Shown: positions 61,481 through 64,000 of the stretch, piece by piece
Layout of the letters: every line of letters starts with the position of its first letter
Position numbering within the stretch: position 1 is the stretch's first letter
Source of the DNA: Octopus sinensis
Taxonomy: Eukaryota
Assembly: GCF_006345805.1 (NCBI RefSeq)
Contig: NC_043016.1
Location: forward strand, 13,082,001-13,146,000
Direction of reading: 5' to 3'
Length of the DNA stretch: 64,000 nucleotides
Notes under the pieces: generated by a model
What the model saw: the letters and a program-made list of their open reading frames with translations, nothing else
Told to the model about the DNA's origin: nothing
Databases searched by the model: none
Translations under genes and position numbers: made by a program

Positions 61481-64000
61481 CCTTTCATCACTCCAACCCA
61501 ATGAAGTGACTAACCTCAAGTGTCTTTCCCATTATGCACCCCCTCATCTCTCCTTTCTCTCCAAATCTGTAGATGCATGCAATCCATCTACAATCTATGA
61601 AAAGAACGGGTTCTTTAACCCTGCCAAATACTGACCACAAGTAATAGTAACAGTTGTAAACAGTCACCTCCTGCATCTCTCAGAATCCCTCTCAGGCTTT
61701 TTTTAAAACCCTTTATCATTCAGACTTCTCAGTTAAATGCAATGCTTATCTATTCACATTGTTTTGAATTAATCATGTTATCTCAGTTTTGATATTTCTG
61801 ACAGTGTAGGGAGGATATGAGACGTAGCATCTGGTCAGTTTGAGCATAAAGCATGTTGAATATTCGATCCATATGTAGCTGGTTGAAATAATACAGAGTT
61901 AAGCACCAGTATATGGTCTCCAAGTGAGATCCTCTGGGGGATGTTACCTTATTGCAGTCATCAATATACCCCCCTCCTGTTCATCAATGTCTCCCACATT
62001 CATCCTCCAAAATATTAATTGATATACTTGCTCACACACACCTGTGTGCATATGATATGACCTTTTACTCCTTAACCTTTTACCCACATACAGTTATCTT
62101 CCAAATGCAATGTAAGGCCTCACACCAGGTACAGTAACTTCATGAATAGAACTCTTGGAAGTATTTTTCAGTGGGGTCAAAACGAATTGGTCGTAGGCAT
62201 ACATGGTCAAGGTGGACCTAAACCAAACAACTACCAGCTGCATTTCTTACTACAACAGCCTCTGTTTTTCTGAATTAGCTATTTACATGCCCTTTCTATC
62301 CACACCCCAGTATCTAGAATTCCTTCTAGAATTCTCTTCTGGCCTTCATTTTTGCTGTAGAAACTTACCTATATAGAAAGGGAGATTGCATATTCCAGGG
62401 TATACTGCCACTGCTCAATTGACTCTACTACAGCTTATATATAAGGTTCTAAAATATTAACTAAAAGTTTATAAATAGACCAAGTTGAATATTTGTTTAG
62501 AGTAAAAGGTTTTTAAAAGATAATTATAGTTTTTTTTTTTTTTTTCTGAAAATTACATTATGTTGTGAAATGCTTGTCAGATTGTCATCTTGAGGGTTAT
62601 GTTTAATGAATACACACCATTTAAAGAAACAATGCTGTAGTTTTTGTCTTGGAGAGAAATCTCTTCATGAACATGTATTACAAGTGTGATGGAGACATCT
62701 TGCAAGTTTTTTTTTTTTTTTGTCAATCTTTTCATCAATGCCACTAATTATCTTTTGGCTATCGACTGCTACAAAACTGACATTTACTTATCAGGAAGCA
62801 AATGTTTGTTTGGTCACTAGTATTTCTCTATAAAGCAATCAGATGTGACAATATTGTTGTCTAGTTAGTGAGTGAGTGACCTCTTTGTTTAGGTTTGGTG
62901 ATATTTGTAGTTTTTAGTTTTATTTATTTTGATATCTATTCCTCAATATTTTTATTGCCTGCATAGTATATACATACATACATACATACATACATAAATC
63001 CATAAACATTTTCATTTGTGGATTAACAATGCTACCAATGGATTCATGCTGATTGTCACCTGCATCCAAAATGGAGACGATGGCCAGCATTTTTAAGTGG
63101 ATTGCTTGAAGATTGTGGAAATCTTTTCCAAATGAAACCATTGACAGTATAGTTAATCCACAAAAAACAAAAAAAAAGGAATATTTATTCATCAAATGCA
63201 GTGTTGAGTACCCATTTTCATTGTTCGATATTATCAGAGGTGTGTAACATCCATCCTCATCTACAATAATTAAACATCTTGGCTGATATTTACATCTTCA
63301 TATGTTTCAATCAGTTTCATCTCTATTCATCACAGATGTCTACATCTTGGTTATTTTTAAAATTATTTTTATTGTTACAATAGTCATTGGACTGTGGCCA
63401 TGCTAGAGCACCAGCTTCAAGAATTTTAGTTGATGACTTTTGACTTGTTTTGTTTTGTTGATGGTTAAGTTGATTTTCACTAAATAAACACCAGGTTTAT
63501 GGTCAGCTACTTTATTTTGCTCTGTTTGTTGAATGGCTAAGCTACCTTTTAACACATTGATATACAAAACTATATATGCACATACATTTTCATATATACA
63601 TATGTATAATTATCATTGTCTAATATCCATTTTCCATGCTGGTATGGGTTGGACAGTTTGACTGGAGAGCTGCACTGGGTTCCAGTCTGTTTTGGATGTA
63701 AGAACAGCAGCACCACAATTAAGTGGATCAGCTGTATAGAGAATAATTTGACTGTGGCCATGCAGGAGCACTGCCTTGAAGGGTTTTAGTCAAATCAATC
63801 CCAGGACTTATATTTTTCTTAAGCCTAGTACTTATTCTATCGGTCTCTTTTGCCAAACTGCTAAGTTATGGAAATGTAAACACAAAGGCACATACACATA
63901 TAATGAAGGGCTTCTTTCATTTTCCATCTACCAAATCCACTCACAAGGCTTTGGTTGGCCCGAAGCTATAGTAGATGACACTTGCCCAAGGTGCCACTCA

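Noticed and set aside
63020-63130. CYQWIHADC, PHD-finger-like peptide
   Set aside because: Stop immediately upstream, the remaining Cys ligands need a frameshift, and there is no exon structure.
338-63761. Most short ORFs in the supplied track (e.g. 22526-23065, 29751-30188, 38845-39285, 50924-51439, 52943-53413)
   Set aside because: They translate SINEs, microsatellites, T-rich intron or the antisense of real exons; no coding signal.
1-64000. Antisense bias of RTE tails (my count about 16 minus vs 8 plus)
   Set aside because: Small sample, not convincing alone, and the bias is already a general property of intronic LINEs.

Overview
AT-rich, microsatellite- and SINE-saturated animal genomic DNA, most likely octopus (inferred from resemblance of the repeats to the octopus OR1/OR2-type and Meta-domain SINEs as I recall them). 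One host gene is supported: six phase-compatible + strand coding exons (6748-6897, 38736-39202, 42809-42926, 45087-45778, 48283-48358, 51319-52901; about 1028 codons) of a CEP170/CEP170B-like centrosomal protein. It is recognised by the motifs PLYGQPSWWG, TAFTVE, SEAGTYTIE..ARKRIDNVFGV and RPNRAFQLR. The N-terminal FHA exons and the C-terminal domain were not found and presumably lie outside the window. The introns (one is 31.8 kb) hold at least three tRNA-SINE families with swapped tails, about two dozen RTE-LINE 3' ends, CR1/RTE ORF relics, a Penelope-like GIY-YIG relic, a degenerate hammerhead, Helitron/HINE ends, piggyBac- and hAT-type MITEs, and a 100-N gap. Best leads: (1) a hairpin with canonical pri-miRNA geometry at 27874-27964 inside a CpG-retaining intronic domain; (2) a tandem, covarying stem-loop array in the RTE 3'UTR where many copies truncate; (3) SINE arrays that appear to target (ATT)n tracts, including their own tails; (4) a nested SINE/Helitron/Penelope/hammerhead pile at 17-20.5 kb. 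I cannot claim a wholly new biological system from sequence alone. Repeat boundaries are by eye and approximate unless a TSD/TIR is quoted.
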